NCBI RefSeq assembly: GCF_000014785.1
Contig: NC_008340.1
Location: 1,530,001-1,562,000, forward strand
Source: Alkalilimnicola ehrlichii MLHE-1
GTDB taxonomy: Bacteria; Pseudomonadota; Gammaproteobacteria; Nitrococcales; Halorhodospiraceae
DNA length: 32,000 nt
Direction: 5' to 3'
Under the pieces are notes generated by a model. It ran no database searches. It was not told the DNA's origin and was given only the letters and a program-made list of their open reading frames with translations. The translations under genes were made by a program, and so were the position numbers. This document shows, piece after piece, positions 1 through 9,167 of the stretch (position 1 is the stretch's first letter; each line of letters opens with the position of its first letter).

Positions 1-1
1 G

Positions 2-421
2 CCCCGCCTGGGGTTTCCGCTGCAGCTGGACTACGTCCATGCCACCCGCTATCGCGGTGGCCTGAGTGGGCAGAACGACCTGCAGTGGCGGGCGGAGCCG
101 GGTACCCCGGTACGGGACCGGGTGGTGCTGGTGGTGGACGATATCCTGGACGAGGGCCATACCCTGGCCGGGATCGTCGAGGCCCTGCAGGCGCAGGGCG
201 CTGCGGAGGTCCTCACCGCGGTTCTGGTGAACAAGCTCCACCAACGCAAGCATCCCGGGCTGCGCGCCGACTTCGTCGGCCTGGAAGTGCCTGACCGCTA
301 CGTCTTCGGGGTGGGTATGGACTACAAGGGGCTGTGCCGTAACGCCCCGGGAATCTTCGCCGTGCGCGAGCCGGCGCCGGCCACCGGCGACCGGGCTGAA
401 GCAAAGGAGCCGACGCAATGA
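2..421 (+). CDS. hpt: Hypoxanthine/guanine phosphoribosyltransferase, C-terminal part (5' end lies outside the window)
   Basis: The reading frame is open from the window edge. It carries the PRPP-binding loop '[15 protein letters not shown]' and the C-terminal '[20 protein letters not shown]' typical of 6-oxopurine PRTases. The stop overlaps the next start as ATGA (418-421). Confidence 0.7.
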   Translation, partial: PRLGFPLQLDYVHATRYRGGLSGQNDLQWRAEPGTPVRDRVVLVVDDILDEGHTLAGIVEALQAQGAAEVLTAVLVNKLHQRKHPGLRADFVGLEVPDRYVFGVGMDYKGLCRNAPGIFAVREPAPATGDRAEAKEPTQ

Positions 422-1155
422 CATTGGCAATCATCGGGGGCACCGGCCTGACCACGCTGGAGGGGTTGGAGATCACCCGTCGGGAGGTGGTTCGCACCCC
501 CTTTGGCGAGCCGTCCGGGCCGGTCATTCATGGCGTGCTCCAGGGGCGGGAGGTGATGTTTCTCGCCCGCCATGGCTATGCCCACACCATCCCGCCGCAC
601 CAGATCAACTACCGGGCCAACATCTGGGCCATGCGTCACCTGGGTGTGCGCAAACTGATCGCGGTGGCCGCAGTGGGCGGGATCAGCGAGGAGATGGAAC
701 CGGCGCGACTGGCCTTTCCGGACCAGATCATCGATTACACGTACGGGCGCCGGCACACCTTCTTCGAGCAGGACCTGACCGATGTGGTGCATATCGATTT
801 CACCTACCCCTACGACCAGGCGCTCCGGGACGTGCTGATCGCGGCGGCGGAGGAGGCCGACCTGGGGGCGGTGCCCTGGGGGACCTACGGTGCCACCCAG
901 GGGCCGCGGCTGGAGACGGCGGCCGAGGTGCGCCGGCTGGCACGGGACGGCTGCCACCTGGTGGGCATGACCGGGATGCCCGAGGCGGCCCTGGCCCGGG
1001 AGGCGGGGCTGGCCTACGCCACCTGCGCGGTGGTGGCGAACTGGGCCGCAGGCACCGGGGGGCGCACCGTCACCATGGACGAGATTGAGGCGAATCTGGT
1101 CCAGGGCATGGGTCGGGTGCGGACCTTGCTGGCACGGGTGGTGCCGCGCCTCTAG
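418..1155 (+). CDS. mtnP: S-methyl-5'-thioadenosine / methylthioinosine phosphorylase (MTAP-family purine nucleoside phosphorylase)
   Basis: 245 aa. N-terminus '[11 protein letters not shown]', plus '[20 protein letters not shown]' and '[15 protein letters not shown]', which are characteristic of MTAP/PNP family 2. ATGA-coupled to hpt. Confidence 0.8.
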   Translation: MTLAIIGGTGLTTLEGLEITRREVVRTPFGEPSGPVIHGVLQGREVMFLARHGYAHTIPPHQINYRANIWAMRHLGVRKLIAVAAVGGISEEMEPARLAFPDQIIDYTYGRRHTFFEQDLTDVVHIDFTYPYDQALRDVLIAAAEEADLGAVPWGTYGATQGPRLETAAEVRRLARDGCHLVGMTGMPEAALAREAGLAYATCAVVANWAAGTGGRTVTMDEIEANLVQGMGRVRTLLARVVPRL

Positions 1156-1159
1156 CCCC

Positions 1160-2146
1160 CTATCCGCGACCCTTGCTTGGCGGGTGGGCCGCCTCCGGTA
1201 ACGGCCCCACGGTGATGGGCTTGCCCTCTATCAGGGCCGCGCCGTACTCGGCGTGGTCGAGGGGGAGCACGGCCAGCCCGGCAAAGCTGTCCTCGCCATC
1301 GCTCTCCGCCACCACCACCTGCCCGAGGCGCTTGTCCGCCGGGTCCCGCACCTCGGTGCCCGGCCGTGGGGGCAGGCCTGTCCCGCTGATCGGGAACATC
1401 CGTTTCTTCAGCCGTCCCAGGTAGTGCATGCGCGCCACCACTTCCTGACCGGGGTAGCAGCCCTTGCGGAAGCTTAGGCCGTCGATCACGTCGAGATTGG
1501 CCATCTGCGGGATGAACAGGTCCTGGCTGTCCTGGAAGATCTCGGGCTCGCCGGCCCGGATCTGCAGCAGGCGCCAGTGTTGCGGGTCGCCCACCGGCAG
1601 GTGATGCAGGGCCAGCCAGAGCCGCTTCATGCGGTCCGGACCGGCGATCAGCAGCGCGCGGTCTGCGGCCAGCGCCAGCAGGGTGGCCCCGTGGGTATGG
1701 GTCGTCCCGCTCGGCTCCGGGAGGGTCGTGTTCAACTCCCGGGTGGCGGCGTCCAGGGCCTCCTCACCGTAAAGCCCCAGCAGCAACTGCTCCCCGGAGC
1801 GGTCGTCAAGCGTGACCCGGGCCCGGAGGATGAACATCTGCAACCGGCGCATCACGCCCGTGACCAGTTCGCCCGGGCAGAGCAGCCGGAAGCTCTGATC
1901 GCCGTCGCGGACCACGCGGAACAGGGCCAGCAGGCGGCCCTTGGGGTTGCACCAGCCGGCCAGGCGCCAGCTGCCCTCCGGCATGCCTTCGATATCGTGG
2001 GTCAACTGACTGTGCAGAAAGGTGGTCGCGTCCGGCCCCTCCACGGCAATCACCCCCGCCTCGGGCAAGGGGGTCAAGAGCGTGGCCGGCAGCGTGTCAC
2101 CGCTGACCGGGGCGGTATCCTGAATATCAGTCCAGGTCGCGGACAT
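1160..2146 (-). CDS. ygfZ: Folate-binding Fe-S cluster repair / tRNA-modification protein YgfZ (aminomethyltransferase-like fold)
   Basis: YgfZ signature 'KGCYPGQE' near the C-terminal third, with GcvT-like length and layout. Start moved to the second ATG (2146), because GAGGAGG lies 5 nt upstream of it on the minus strand. Confidence 0.8.
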   Translation of the reverse strand: MSATWTDIQDTAPVSGDTLPATLLTPLPEAGVIAVEGPDATTFLHSQLTHDIEGMPEGSWRLAGWCNPKGRLLALFRVVRDGDQSFRLLCPGELVTGVMRRLQMFILRARVTLDDRSGEQLLLGLYGEEALDAATRELNTTLPEPSGTTHTHGATLLALAADRALLIAGPDRMKRLWLALHHLPVGDPQHWRLLQIRAGEPEIFQDSQDLFIPQMANLDVIDGLSFRKGCYPGQEVVARMHYLGRLKKRMFPISGTGLPPRPGTEVRDPADKRLGQVVVAESDGEDSFAGLAVLPLDHAEYGAALIEGKPITVGPLPEAAHPPSKGRG

Positions 2147-2175
2147 CAAGACCTCCTCAGTACCCAACGGGCCTA

Positions 2176-2184
2176 TGGCATAAT
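2176..2184 (+). promoter_or_regulatory. Candidate extended -10 promoter element (TGgCATAAT) in the ygfZ / SDHAF4-like divergent region
   Basis: TG-n-CATAAT lies about 40 nt upstream of the ATG at 2224. No convincing -35 was found. Confidence 0.3.
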
Positions 2185-2223
2185 GGCTGTCGCCCTGACA
2201 GCGAATAATCTCAGGAGAGGGAA

Positions 2224-2403
2224 ATGCGCAAACCCGACGCCGAGCAACAGCCTGTTGCGGATTCCAAAAACGATGCCCGGGATGATACCACGGGGGCCGT
2301 CGCTGCCGGTGACGGGCGGCCGAAGGAGATCGGCGGGCCCAAGGGGCCGGAGCCGACCCGCTACGGCGATTGGGAGCGTAACGGCCGTTGCTCGGACTTC
2401 TGA
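2224..2403 (+). CDS. DUF1674 / SDHAF4 (Sdh8)-like small protein, 59 aa (too short to appear in the supplied ORF track)
   Basis: Hand translation: [59 protein letters not shown]. The C-terminal '[23 protein letters not shown]' is nearly the same as the conserved C-terminus of eukaryotic SDHAF4 and bacterial DUF1674 proteins. GGAGAGGG lies just upstream of the ATG. The gene sits directly upstream of sdhC. Confidence 0.8.
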   Translation: MRKPDAEQQPVADSKNDARDDTTGAVAAGDGRPKEIGGPKGPEPTRYGDWERNGRCSDF

Positions 2404-2589
2404 TCCCGGCCGTTGCACTGCGGCATATGGGAAGGCACTTTCGGTACCTTCTGTAATCAGTTGATAAATAACCGGGTTCATCCTGACGCTCCCGGCGCTG
2501 ATTGACCCATCAGGTTGCTTTATCCGGTCCATAGCGCTAGCTTATGCGCCGGAAAGAATCACCCGTCCCTACAGCGGAGTGTCACAATA

Positions 2590-2982
2590 ATGCAGACGGA
2601 TAACAGGCCGCTTTCTCCACACCTGCAGGTTTACAAGCCGCAGCTCACTTCTGTGTTGTCCATTTGCCACCGGGGCAGTGGCGTCGTCCTGGCGCTGGGC
2701 AGCATCATCCTCGTCTGGTGGCTGTCGGCCCTGGCCGCCGGGCCGGAGGCCTTCGCCACCGTCAACGGCGTGGTGGGCAGCTTCATCGGCAAGGTGATCC
2801 TGTTCCTGTTCACGCTGGCGCTTTTCTACCACCTGTGTAACGGCATTCGTCACCTGGTCTGGGATACCGGGCGCGGTTTCGAGCTTGAGTCGGTGTACCG
2901 GTCCGGGTATCTGGTGGTCATCGCCAGCGTCGTGCTGACGGTGGTGGTCTGGATCGTCGCCCTGAGCACGGGAGGTGCCTGA
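2590..2982 (+). CDS. sdhC: Succinate dehydrogenase cytochrome b556 subunit
   Basis: N-terminus 'MQTDNRPLSPHLQVYKPQLTSVLSI.HRGSG', three predicted TM helices, and position upstream of sdhDAB. Start trimmed from the ORF-track 2515 to the ATG at 2590, which matches the conserved SdhC N-terminus. Confidence 0.85.
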   Translation: MQTDNRPLSPHLQVYKPQLTSVLSICHRGSGVVLALGSIILVWWLSALAAGPEAFATVNGVVGSFIGKVILFLFTLALFYHLCNGIRHLVWDTGRGFELESVYRSGYLVVIASVVLTVVVWIVALSTGGA

Positions 2983-3362
2983 TGAACCTGAGGACGAATA
3001 TCAAAGAGGCGCAGGGCCTGGGCTCTGCCAAGGACGGGGTCAGCCATTGGTGGCTGCAACGGCTCACCGCCGTGGCCCTGGTTCCCCTCATGCTCTGGCT
3101 GGCCTTCGGGCTTGCCCGCCACGGCGGGGCCGGCTATGAGGCCACCGTGGCCTGGGTCGCCAACCCGATGACCACGGTGCTCTGGGTGCTGTCCCTGGCG
3201 GCGCTGTTCTGGCACATCAAGCTGGGCCTGCAGGTGGTCATTGAGGACTACGTGCACGACGAGAGAGCCAAGTTCGCGAGCCTGATCGCGATGAAATTCA
3301 TCACCGTGCTGCTGGCCGCCATCGCCATCCTGGCGGTGCTGCGTGTCGCGCTGGGGAGCTGA
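2982..3362 (+). CDS. sdhD: Succinate dehydrogenase hydrophobic membrane anchor subunit
   Basis: 126 aa with three TM helices. Start overlaps the sdhC stop by 1 nt (TGATG). Position between sdhC and sdhA. Confidence 0.8.
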   Translation: MNLRTNIKEAQGLGSAKDGVSHWWLQRLTAVALVPLMLWLAFGLARHGGAGYEATVAWVANPMTTVLWVLSLAALFWHIKLGLQVVIEDYVHDERAKFASLIAMKFITVLLAAIAILAVLRVALGS

Positions 3363-3366
3363 GTCA

Positions 3367-5157
3367 ATGGCGGGCGATTACAAAATTATCGATCATCATT
3401 ACGATGTGGTGGTGGTGGGCGCCGGCGGTGCCGGTCTGCGCGCCACCTTTGGTATGGCCGAGAAGGGCCTGAAGACGGCCTGCGTCACCAAGGTCTTTCC
3501 CACCCGTAGCCATACCGTGGCGGCTCAGGGGGGCGTGTCCGCCGCGCTGGGCAACATGGGCGAGGACGACTGGCGCTATCACGCCTATGACACCATCAAG
3601 GGGTCGGACTGGCTGGGCGACCAGGACGCCATCGAGTACATGTGCCGCGAGGCGATCCCGGCCATTATCGAGCTGGAGCACTACGGCGTGCCCTTCTCCC
3701 GCACCGAGGAGGGCAAGATCTACCAGCGGCCCTTCGGCGGTATGACGGTGCGTTACGGCGAGGGCACGGCGCAGCGCACCTGCGCCGCCGCCGACCGGAC
3801 CGGCCACGCCATTCTGCACACCCTGTATCAGCAGGCGCTGGCCCACCAGGCGGAGTTCTTTATCGAGTACTTCGCCATCGATTTGATCATGGAGGACGAC
3901 CGTTGCCGCGGGGTGGTTGCCCTTAACCTGGCGGACGGGACCATCCACCGCTTTATCGGTCAGATCACTGTGCTGGCCACCGGGGGGTACGGCCGGTCCT
4001 ACTTCTCCTGCACCTCGGCCCATACCTGCACCGGCGACGGCAGCGGCATGGTGCTGCGGGCCGGCCTGCCGCTGCAGGACATGGAGTTCGTGCAGTTCCA
4101 CCCCACCGGGGTTTACGGCTCCGGCTGCCTGATCACCGAGGGCGTGCGCGGTGAGGGCGGTTACCTGACCAACTCCGAGGGTGAGCGTTTCATGGAGCGT
4201 TACGCGCCCAACGCCAAGGACCTGGCCTCCCGCGACGTGGTCAGCCGCTCGATGACGGTGGAGATCCGCGAGGGCCGGGGCGTGGGTCCGAAGAAGGACC
4301 ATATCCACCTGCACCTGGAGCACCTGGGTGCCGAGGTTATCCACGAGCGGCTGCCCGGCATCGCCGAGACGGCGCGGATCTTCGCCGGCGTGGATGTCAC
4401 CAAGGAGCCGATCCCGGTTATCCCGACGGTGCACTACAACATGGGTGGGATCCCCACCAATTATCAGGGTGAGGTGGTCACCCTGAAGGATGGCAACCCG
4501 GACCAGGTGGTGCCGGGGCTGATGGCCATCGGTGAGGCGGCCTGCGTCTCGGTGCACGGCGCCAACCGCCTGGGTTCCAACTCGCTGCTCGACCTGGTGG
4601 TGTTCGGCCGCGCCGCAGCCATCCGCGCCGCTGAGCTCATCAAGGAGGGCGACACGGTGCAGCGGGCGCTGCAGCCGGGCGCCGGCGACCTGGCGTTGGA
4701 GCGGCTCGAGCGGCTGCGTAACGCCAAGGGCAGCAAGCCCACCGCGGAGATCCGCGACGGCATGCAGGAGACCATGCAGAACTTCGCCGCGGTCTTCCGC
4801 ACCGGCGAGAGCCTGCAGGAGGGCTGTGAGCGCATGGCCGCCGTCTATGCCTCCTTCGAGGACGTGGCGGTGAGTGACCGCAGCCTGATCTGGAACTCCG
4901 ATCTGGTGGAGACGCTGGAGCTGGAGAACCTGCTGGGCAACGCGGTGGCGACCATTGAGTCCGCCCGCAACCGCGAAGAGAGCCGGGGCGCGCATGCCCG
5001 CGAGGACTTCCCGGAGCGTGACGACGACAACTGGCATAAGCACACCCTGTCGTGGGTGGGCCAGGACGGCAAGGTCAAGCTGGACTACCGGCCGGTGCAC
5101 ATGTACACGCTCACCGATGAGATGGAAGTCATTCCGCCCAAGGCGCGTGTCTACTAG
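3367..5157 (+). CDS. sdhA: Succinate dehydrogenase flavoprotein subunit
   Basis: FAD fold '[14 protein letters not shown]', covalent-FAD histidine motif '[10 protein letters not shown]', and 'HPTG..G...LITEG.RGEGG'. Start trimmed to the ATG at 3367 ([13 protein letters not shown]). Confidence 0.95.
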   Translation: MAGDYKIIDHHYDVVVVGAGGAGLRATFGMAEKGLKTACVTKVFPTRSHTVAAQGGVSAALGNMGEDDWRYHAYDTIKGSDWLGDQDAIEYMCREAIPAIIELEHYGVPFSRTEEGKIYQRPFGGMTVRYGEGTAQRTCAAADRTGHAILHTLYQQALAHQAEFFIEYFAIDLIMEDDRCRGVVALNLADGTIHRFIGQITVLATGGYGRSYFSCTSAHTCTGDGSGMVLRAGLPLQDMEFVQFHPTGVYGSGCLITEGVRGEGGYLTNSEGERFMERYAPNAKDLASRDVVSRSMTVEIREGRGVGPKKDHIHLHLEHLGAEVIHERLPGIAETARIFAGVDVTKEPIPVIPTVHYNMGGIPTNYQGEVVTLKDGNPDQVVPGLMAIGEAACVSVHGANRLGSNSLLDLVVFGRAAAIRAAELIKEGDTVQRALQPGAGDLALERLERLRNAKGSKPTAEIRDGMQETMQNFAAVFRTGESLQEGCERMAAVYASFEDVAVSDRSLIWNSDLVETLELENLLGNAVATIESARNREESRGAHAREDFPERDDDNWHKHTLSWVGQDGKVKLDYRPVHMYTLTDEMEVIPPKARVY

Positions 5158-5175
5158 GCGAGGAGGTAACAGGTA

Positions 5176-5952
5176 ATGGCAGAATTCAAGCTTCCCGCCA
5201 ACTCCGTGGTGGGCGAGGGCAAGACCTGGAAGGCCGAGTCCGGCGGCAACGTCCGCCAGTTCAAGATCTACCGGTGGGATCCGGACGCCGGTCAGAACCC
5301 GCGTCTGGACACCTACGAGGTGGACCTGGATAACTGTGGGCCGATGGTGCTGGACGCCCTGATCAAGATCAAGAACGAAGTGGACCCAACGCTGACCTTC
5401 CGGCGCTCCTGCCGTGAGGGGATCTGCGGCTCCTGTGCCATGAACATCGACGGCACCAACACCCTGGCCTGCACCAAGGCCATTGACGAGGTGCGGGGGG
5501 ATGTCAAGATCTACCCGCTGCCACACATGTCGGTGGTCAAGGACCTGGTGCCGGACATGACCCACTTCTACGCCCAGTACGCCTCCATCAAGCCCTGGAT
5601 GCGCACCCAGACCCCGGCCCCGCCGGATCAGGAGCGCCTTCAGTCCAAGGAGGACCGGGCCAAGCTGGACGGGCTCTATGAGTGCATCCTCTGCGCCTGC
5701 TGCTCCACCAGCTGCCCGAGCTACTGGTGGAACAGCGATCGGTATCTGGGCCCGGCCATCCTGCTGCAGGCCTACCGCTGGATCGTCGACAGCCGCGACG
5801 AGGCCACCGGCGAACGGCTGGACGAGCTGGAGGACCCCTTCAAGCTCTATCGCTGCCACACCATCATGAACTGCGCGAAGACCTGTCCCAAGGGGCTTAA
5901 CCCGGGTAAGGCCATCGCGGAGATCAAGAAGATGCTGGTGATGCGGCGGTAA
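5176..5952 (+). CDS. sdhB: Succinate dehydrogenase iron-sulfur subunit
   Basis: Fe-S cysteine clusters '[13 protein letters not shown]', '[12 protein letters not shown]' and '[17 protein letters not shown]'. AGGAGG Shine-Dalgarno upstream. Confidence 0.95.
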   Translation: MAEFKLPANSVVGEGKTWKAESGGNVRQFKIYRWDPDAGQNPRLDTYEVDLDNCGPMVLDALIKIKNEVDPTLTFRRSCREGICGSCAMNIDGTNTLACTKAIDEVRGDVKIYPLPHMSVVKDLVPDMTHFYAQYASIKPWMRTQTPAPPDQERLQSKEDRAKLDGLYECILCACCSTSCPSYWWNSDRYLGPAILLQAYRWIVDSRDEATGERLDELEDPFKLYRCHTIMNCAKTCPKGLNPGKAIAEIKKMLVMRR

Positions 5953-5957
5953 CCGGC

Positions 5958-6200
5958 GTGACGGCTGAGTTGAAACGGTTGCGCTGGCGCTGCCGGCGCG
6001 GCACCAAGGAGCTGGACATCCTCTTCGAGCGTTTCCTTGCTAAGGGCTATGGGGCGCTGACCGACAGCGAGCGGGTCACCTTCGAGCGCCTGCTGGACTG
6101 CGAGGATGACCAGCTTCAGGCGTGGCTTTTAACCGACCGCCGGCCCACGGATGGGGCCCTGGATGCATTGGTTCAGCGAATACGGAACATACCGCGTTGA
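5958..6200 (+). CDS. sdhE: FAD assembly factor SdhE (YgfY/CptB family, flavinylation of SdhA)
   Basis: 80 aa with a GTG start. Contains the conserved 'RGTKELD' (RGxxE) motif and 'D.DL..W' typical of SdhE/SDHAF2. Located 5 nt after the sdhB stop. Confidence 0.85.
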   Translation: MTAELKRLRWRCRRGTKELDILFERFLAKGYGALTDSERVTFERLLDCEDDQLQAWLLTDRRPTDGALDALVQRIRNIPR

Positions 6201-6675
6201 TCTGCAAGGGCCGACCCCGCCGGGGTCGGCCCTTTTGCTATTGGCGCCCTACACCGTGGGCATCGTTGCGGCGCTGACGCTGTTACCTCGGTGGACCAGC
6301 GCCGCTGTGGCGTTGGGGCTGGCGGCGATGGCCCTGCGGGCCGTCCACCTCTACCTGCGGCCGCGCGCACCGCGCCGGGTGACGGCGCTGGCGCTGGGAC
6401 CGGACGGCGGCCTCCAGGTCCGCTTCAGCGATCGGTCGTGGCGGCCGGCGCGGGTGCGCTGCGACGCCACACTACCGGGTGCTTGCCTGCTGGCACTGGA
6501 CAGTGAGCGCGGGGCGTTGTTCGTACCCGTGCGGCGCCGGGCCGTGGCGGACCGGAGCTGGCGCCGACTGCGCTGCTGGCTGCAGCACGGGCAGGGGGCG
6601 GGGGCGGTGACGGCGCCGCCTGCCGGATCGGCCGGCGAGCGGATACGCGGGCTGGTCAGACGGCGCCGGCCTTGA
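6163..6675 (+). CDS. ygfX: YgfX/CptA-like inner-membrane protein (DUF1434 family); start uncertain (6151 or 6163)
   Basis: Two N-terminal hydrophobic helices followed by an Arg-rich soluble part ending '..[12 protein letters not shown]'. This parallels E. coli YgfX ('..EAEWRDLRRILLQ'). It sits immediately downstream of sdhE, as in E. coli. Confidence 0.6.
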   Translation: MHWFSEYGTYRVDLQGPTPPGSALLLLAPYTVGIVAALTLLPRWTSAAVALGLAAMALRAVHLYLRPRAPRRVTALALGPDGGLQVRFSDRSWRPARVRCDATLPGACLLALDSERGALFVPVRRRAVADRSWRRLRCWLQHGQGAGAVTAPPAGSAGERIRGLVRRRRP

Positions 6676-8290
6676 GGTGGCCAAAGGGGGCCGGGGGGCG
6701 GGGCGTCAGCACCGTCGGTGTGGGTGGCGGGTCGATGGCCCGGCGCGGGTGATCAATGGTGTAGTGCAGGCCGCGGCTCTCCTTGCGGGCGCGGGCACTG
6801 CGCACGATCAGGTCGGCGACCACCACCAGATTGCGCAGCTCCAAGAGATCGGCGTTGACGCGGAAGTTGCCGTAGTACTCCTGTATCTCATGGCTGAGCA
6901 GCTCCACCCGGCGCGCGGCACGCTCCAGCCTTTTGTCGCTGCGCACGATGCCCACGTAATCCCACATGAAGCGCCGCAGCTCGGCCCAGTTGTGGCTGAC
7001 CACGACCTGTTCGTCGGAGTCGGTGACCTGGCTGTCATCCCAGGGGGGCAGGGTCGGCGGCGACGGCAGCTCAGGCAGTTGCGCGGCAATGTCCTCGGCG
7101 GCGGCGCGGGCGTAAACCAGGCACTCCAGCAGGGAGTTGCTGGCCAGGCGGTTGGCGCCGTGCAACCCGGTGTAGGCGGTCTCCCCCACTGCATATAGGC
7201 CGGGCACGTCCGTCCGCGCCCGGTGGTCCACGTGGACACCGCCGCAGGTGTAGTGGGCGGCCGGCACCACCGGGATGGGCTCGCGAGTGATGTCGAGCCC
7301 GTAGTCGAGACAGCGGGCGTGGATGGTGGGGAAGTGCTCACGGATGAAATCCGCCGGCCGGTGGCTGATGTCCAGATAGACACAGGGGGCGCCGAGCCGT
7401 TTCATTTCGTGGTCTATCGCCCGGGCCACGATATCCCGGGGCGCCAGCTCGCCGCGCTCGTCAAAGCGCTGCATGAAGGGCTCGCCGTCCGGTAAAAGGA
7501 GCCGTCCGCCCTCACCGCGCACCGCTTCGCTGATCAGGAAGGACTTGGCCTTGGGGTGGTACAGGCAGGTGGGGTGGAACTGATTGAACTCCATATTGGT
7601 CACCCGGCAGCCGGCGCGCCAGGCCATGGCGATGCCATCGCCGGTGGAGCCGTCCGGGTTGGTGGTAAACCGATAGGCCTTGCTCGCGCCGCCGGTGGCC
7701 AGAACCACGCAGCGGGCCGGCACCACCTCGACCCGGCCGCTGGCCTCGGAGAGCACGTAAGCGCCCAGGCAGCGGTCGTGGTCCAGGGCCAGCTTGCGCC
7801 CGGTGATCAGGTCCACCGCCACCCGGTGGGGCAGCAGGGTGATATTGGGCGCGGCCCGCACCGCATCGATCAGGGTCGTCTCGATGGCCCGGCCGGTGGC
7901 GTCGGCGGCGTGCACGATGCGGCGGTGGCTGTGCCCGCCCTCGCGGTGCAGATGCAGCACCGGGGCCCCATCCTCACCCGGCTGGGTGGAGAAGGGCACC
8001 TGGTGCTCAAGTAGCCACTCGATGGCATCGGCGGCGCGGGTGGCCACGAAGCGGGCCGCCTCGGGGTCAGAGAGGCCGGCGCCGGCGTCCAGGGTGTCCC
8101 GGACGTGGTTCTCCACCGAGTCCGCCGCGTCGAGCACCGCCGAGACGCCGCCCTGGGCATACAGGGTGGCGCCTTCATGGAGTTCGTCTTTGGAGAGCAC
8201 CGCGATACGCAGCTGGCGGGGCAGGCGCAACGCCGCAGTCAGACCGGCGACGCCGCTGCCGATGATCAATACGTCGTACGACTTGGGCAT
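6656..8290 (-). CDS. nadB: L-aspartate oxidase
   Basis: '[13 protein letters not shown]' FAD fold, 'ATLYAQGG', 'HPT......[12 protein letters not shown]', and '[15 protein letters not shown]'. Start trimmed from 8452 to the ATG at 8290 ([11 protein letters not shown]). Divergent from rpoE, as in E. coli and Pseudomonas. Confidence 0.9.
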   Translation of the reverse strand: MPKSYDVLIIGSGVAGLTAALRLPRQLRIAVLSKDELHEGATLYAQGGVSAVLDAADSVENHVRDTLDAGAGLSDPEAARFVATRAADAIEWLLEHQVPFSTQPGEDGAPVLHLHREGGHSHRRIVHAADATGRAIETTLIDAVRAAPNITLLPHRVAVDLITGRKLALDHDRCLGAYVLSEASGRVEVVPARCVVLATGGASKAYRFTTNPDGSTGDGIAMAWRAGCRVTNMEFNQFHPTCLYHPKAKSFLISEAVRGEGGRLLLPDGEPFMQRFDERGELAPRDIVARAIDHEMKRLGAPCVYLDISHRPADFIREHFPTIHARCLDYGLDITREPIPVVPAAHYTCGGVHVDHRARTDVPGLYAVGETAYTGLHGANRLASNSLLECLVYARAAAEDIAAQLPELPSPPTLPPWDDSQVTDSDEQVVVSHNWAELRRFMWDYVGIVRSDKRLERAARRVELLSHEIQEYYGNFRVNADLLELRNLVVVADLIVRSARARKESRGLHYTIDHPRRAIDPPPTPTVLTPRPPAPFGHLKAGAV

Positions 8291-8506
8291 GGCGTGTGAA
8301 TCTTGTGGCTCCAGTGGGCGATGAGGCCGGGACGTCACCAACCCCCGACCCTCACCGGGCGGCGGGCTTGCTTGCGTGCCCGATTGCCAATCGGCTAACC
8401 TCAGGCGTCTCGGGGGGGCCTGTCCGTCCCTGGCCGGGTGATGATAATACACCCGGGTTTCCCGCAGATCATGGCTTCCACTATACCCGTAACCCCAGGC
8501 CGCGCG

Positions 8507-8533
8507 AACTATCGATGTTGCACACTGTCTACC
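8507..8533 (+). promoter_or_regulatory. Candidate sigma-E (AlgU/RpoE)-dependent autoregulated promoter: GAACTA-N16-TCTAC
   Basis: 'gcGAACTAtcgatgttgcacactgTCTACc' lies about 40 nt upstream of the rpoE start. Compare the known sigma-E consensus GGAACTT-N16-TCTnA and the E. coli rpoE P2 '...CACTCTAAC'. Confidence 0.5.
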
Positions 8534-8573
8534 GGAAGAGACATAGGGCGCCCCAGGCTCACGGGAAGGTCTC

Positions 8574-9149
8574 GTGAGTTCGGGCGTCGGCGACCAGGAG
8601 CTGGTGGAGCGCGCTCAGGCCGGAGACAAGCGGGCCTTCGACGCGCTGGTGATCAAGTACCAGCAAAAGGTGGTGAAGTTGGTCTCGCGCTATGTGCGCG
8701 AGCCCAGTGACGCGCTGGATATTGCCCAGGAGGCGTTCATCAAGGCCTATCGGGCACTGCCGCGTTTCCGGGGCGACAGCAGCTTCTACACCTGGCTGTA
8801 CCGGATCGCCATCAACACCGCCAAGAACCATCTGGTCGCGCAGGGTCGCCGTCCGCCCGACTCGGACGTCGATGCCGAAGACGCAGAACGCTACGACATC
8901 GACTCGGGGCTGCGCGACCATGACACCCCTGAGGGCTACGCCCGGCGGGACGAGATCGAACGCACGGTGGTGGATGCCATCGAGAGTCTTCCAGAGGATC
9001 TGCGCACCGCGATCACTTTGCGCGAGCTGGAAGGCCTGACGTACGAGGAGATTGCCCAGGCAATGGACTGCCCAGTGGGTACGGTGCGTTCCCGTATCTT
9101 CCGGGCCCGTGAGGCCATCGATAAACGGCTCAGGCCATTGGTTGACTGA
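8574..9149 (+). CDS. rpoE: ECF sigma factor RpoE/AlgU (sigma-24)
   Basis: '[32 protein letters not shown]', '[33 protein letters not shown]', and the region 4 helix-turn-helix '[28 protein letters not shown]'. GTG start with GGAAGG upstream. Confidence 0.95.
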   Translation: MSSGVGDQELVERAQAGDKRAFDALVIKYQQKVVKLVSRYVREPSDALDIAQEAFIKAYRALPRFRGDSSFYTWLYRIAINTAKNHLVAQGRRPPDSDVDAEDAERYDIDSGLRDHDTPEGYARRDEIERTVVDAIESLPEDLRTAITLRELEGLTYEEIAQAMDCPVGTVRSRIFRAREAIDKRLRPLVD

Positions 9150-9167
9150 AGGCAAAGGTGGAAGGCT

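Noticed and set aside
2498-2513. Palindrome CTGAT-tgaccc-ATCAG upstream of sdhC as a possible FNR/CRP-type site.
   Set aside because: The half-site spacing fits neither FNR (TTGAT-N4-ATCAA) nor CRP (TGTGA-N6-TCACA). A 5-bp arm is short enough to occur by chance, and I cannot assign a regulator.
2173-2532. A 119-aa minus-strand ORF between ygfZ and sdhC.
   Set aside because: It overlaps the plus-strand 59-aa ORF, whose C-terminus matches the highly conserved SDHAF4/DUF1674 peptide. The minus-strand product has no recognisable features.
3364-5859. An 831-aa ORF on the minus strand spanning sdhA and part of sdhB.
   Set aside because: It is exactly antisense to genes with unmistakable SdhA/SdhB motifs. 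The translation is low-complexity (Gly/Ala/Val/Arg/His-rich), as expected for stop-codon-poor antisense frames in high-GC DNA. It has no recognisable motifs.
5958-6675. sdhE-ygfX interpreted as a CptB/CptA toxin-antitoxin or defence module.
   Set aside because: The pair was once described as a toxin-antitoxin system in E. coli. Here it sits directly behind sdhB, and SdhE carries the RGxxE flavinylation motif. The complex II maturation role explains it without invoking a defence system.
8296-8710. Plus-strand ORFs 8296..8577 and 8438..8710 in and around the nadB-rpoE intergenic region.
   Set aside because: They lie in a divergent promoter region. One runs out of frame into rpoE. Neither has a Shine-Dalgarno sequence or motif support, and the region is better explained as regulatory DNA.
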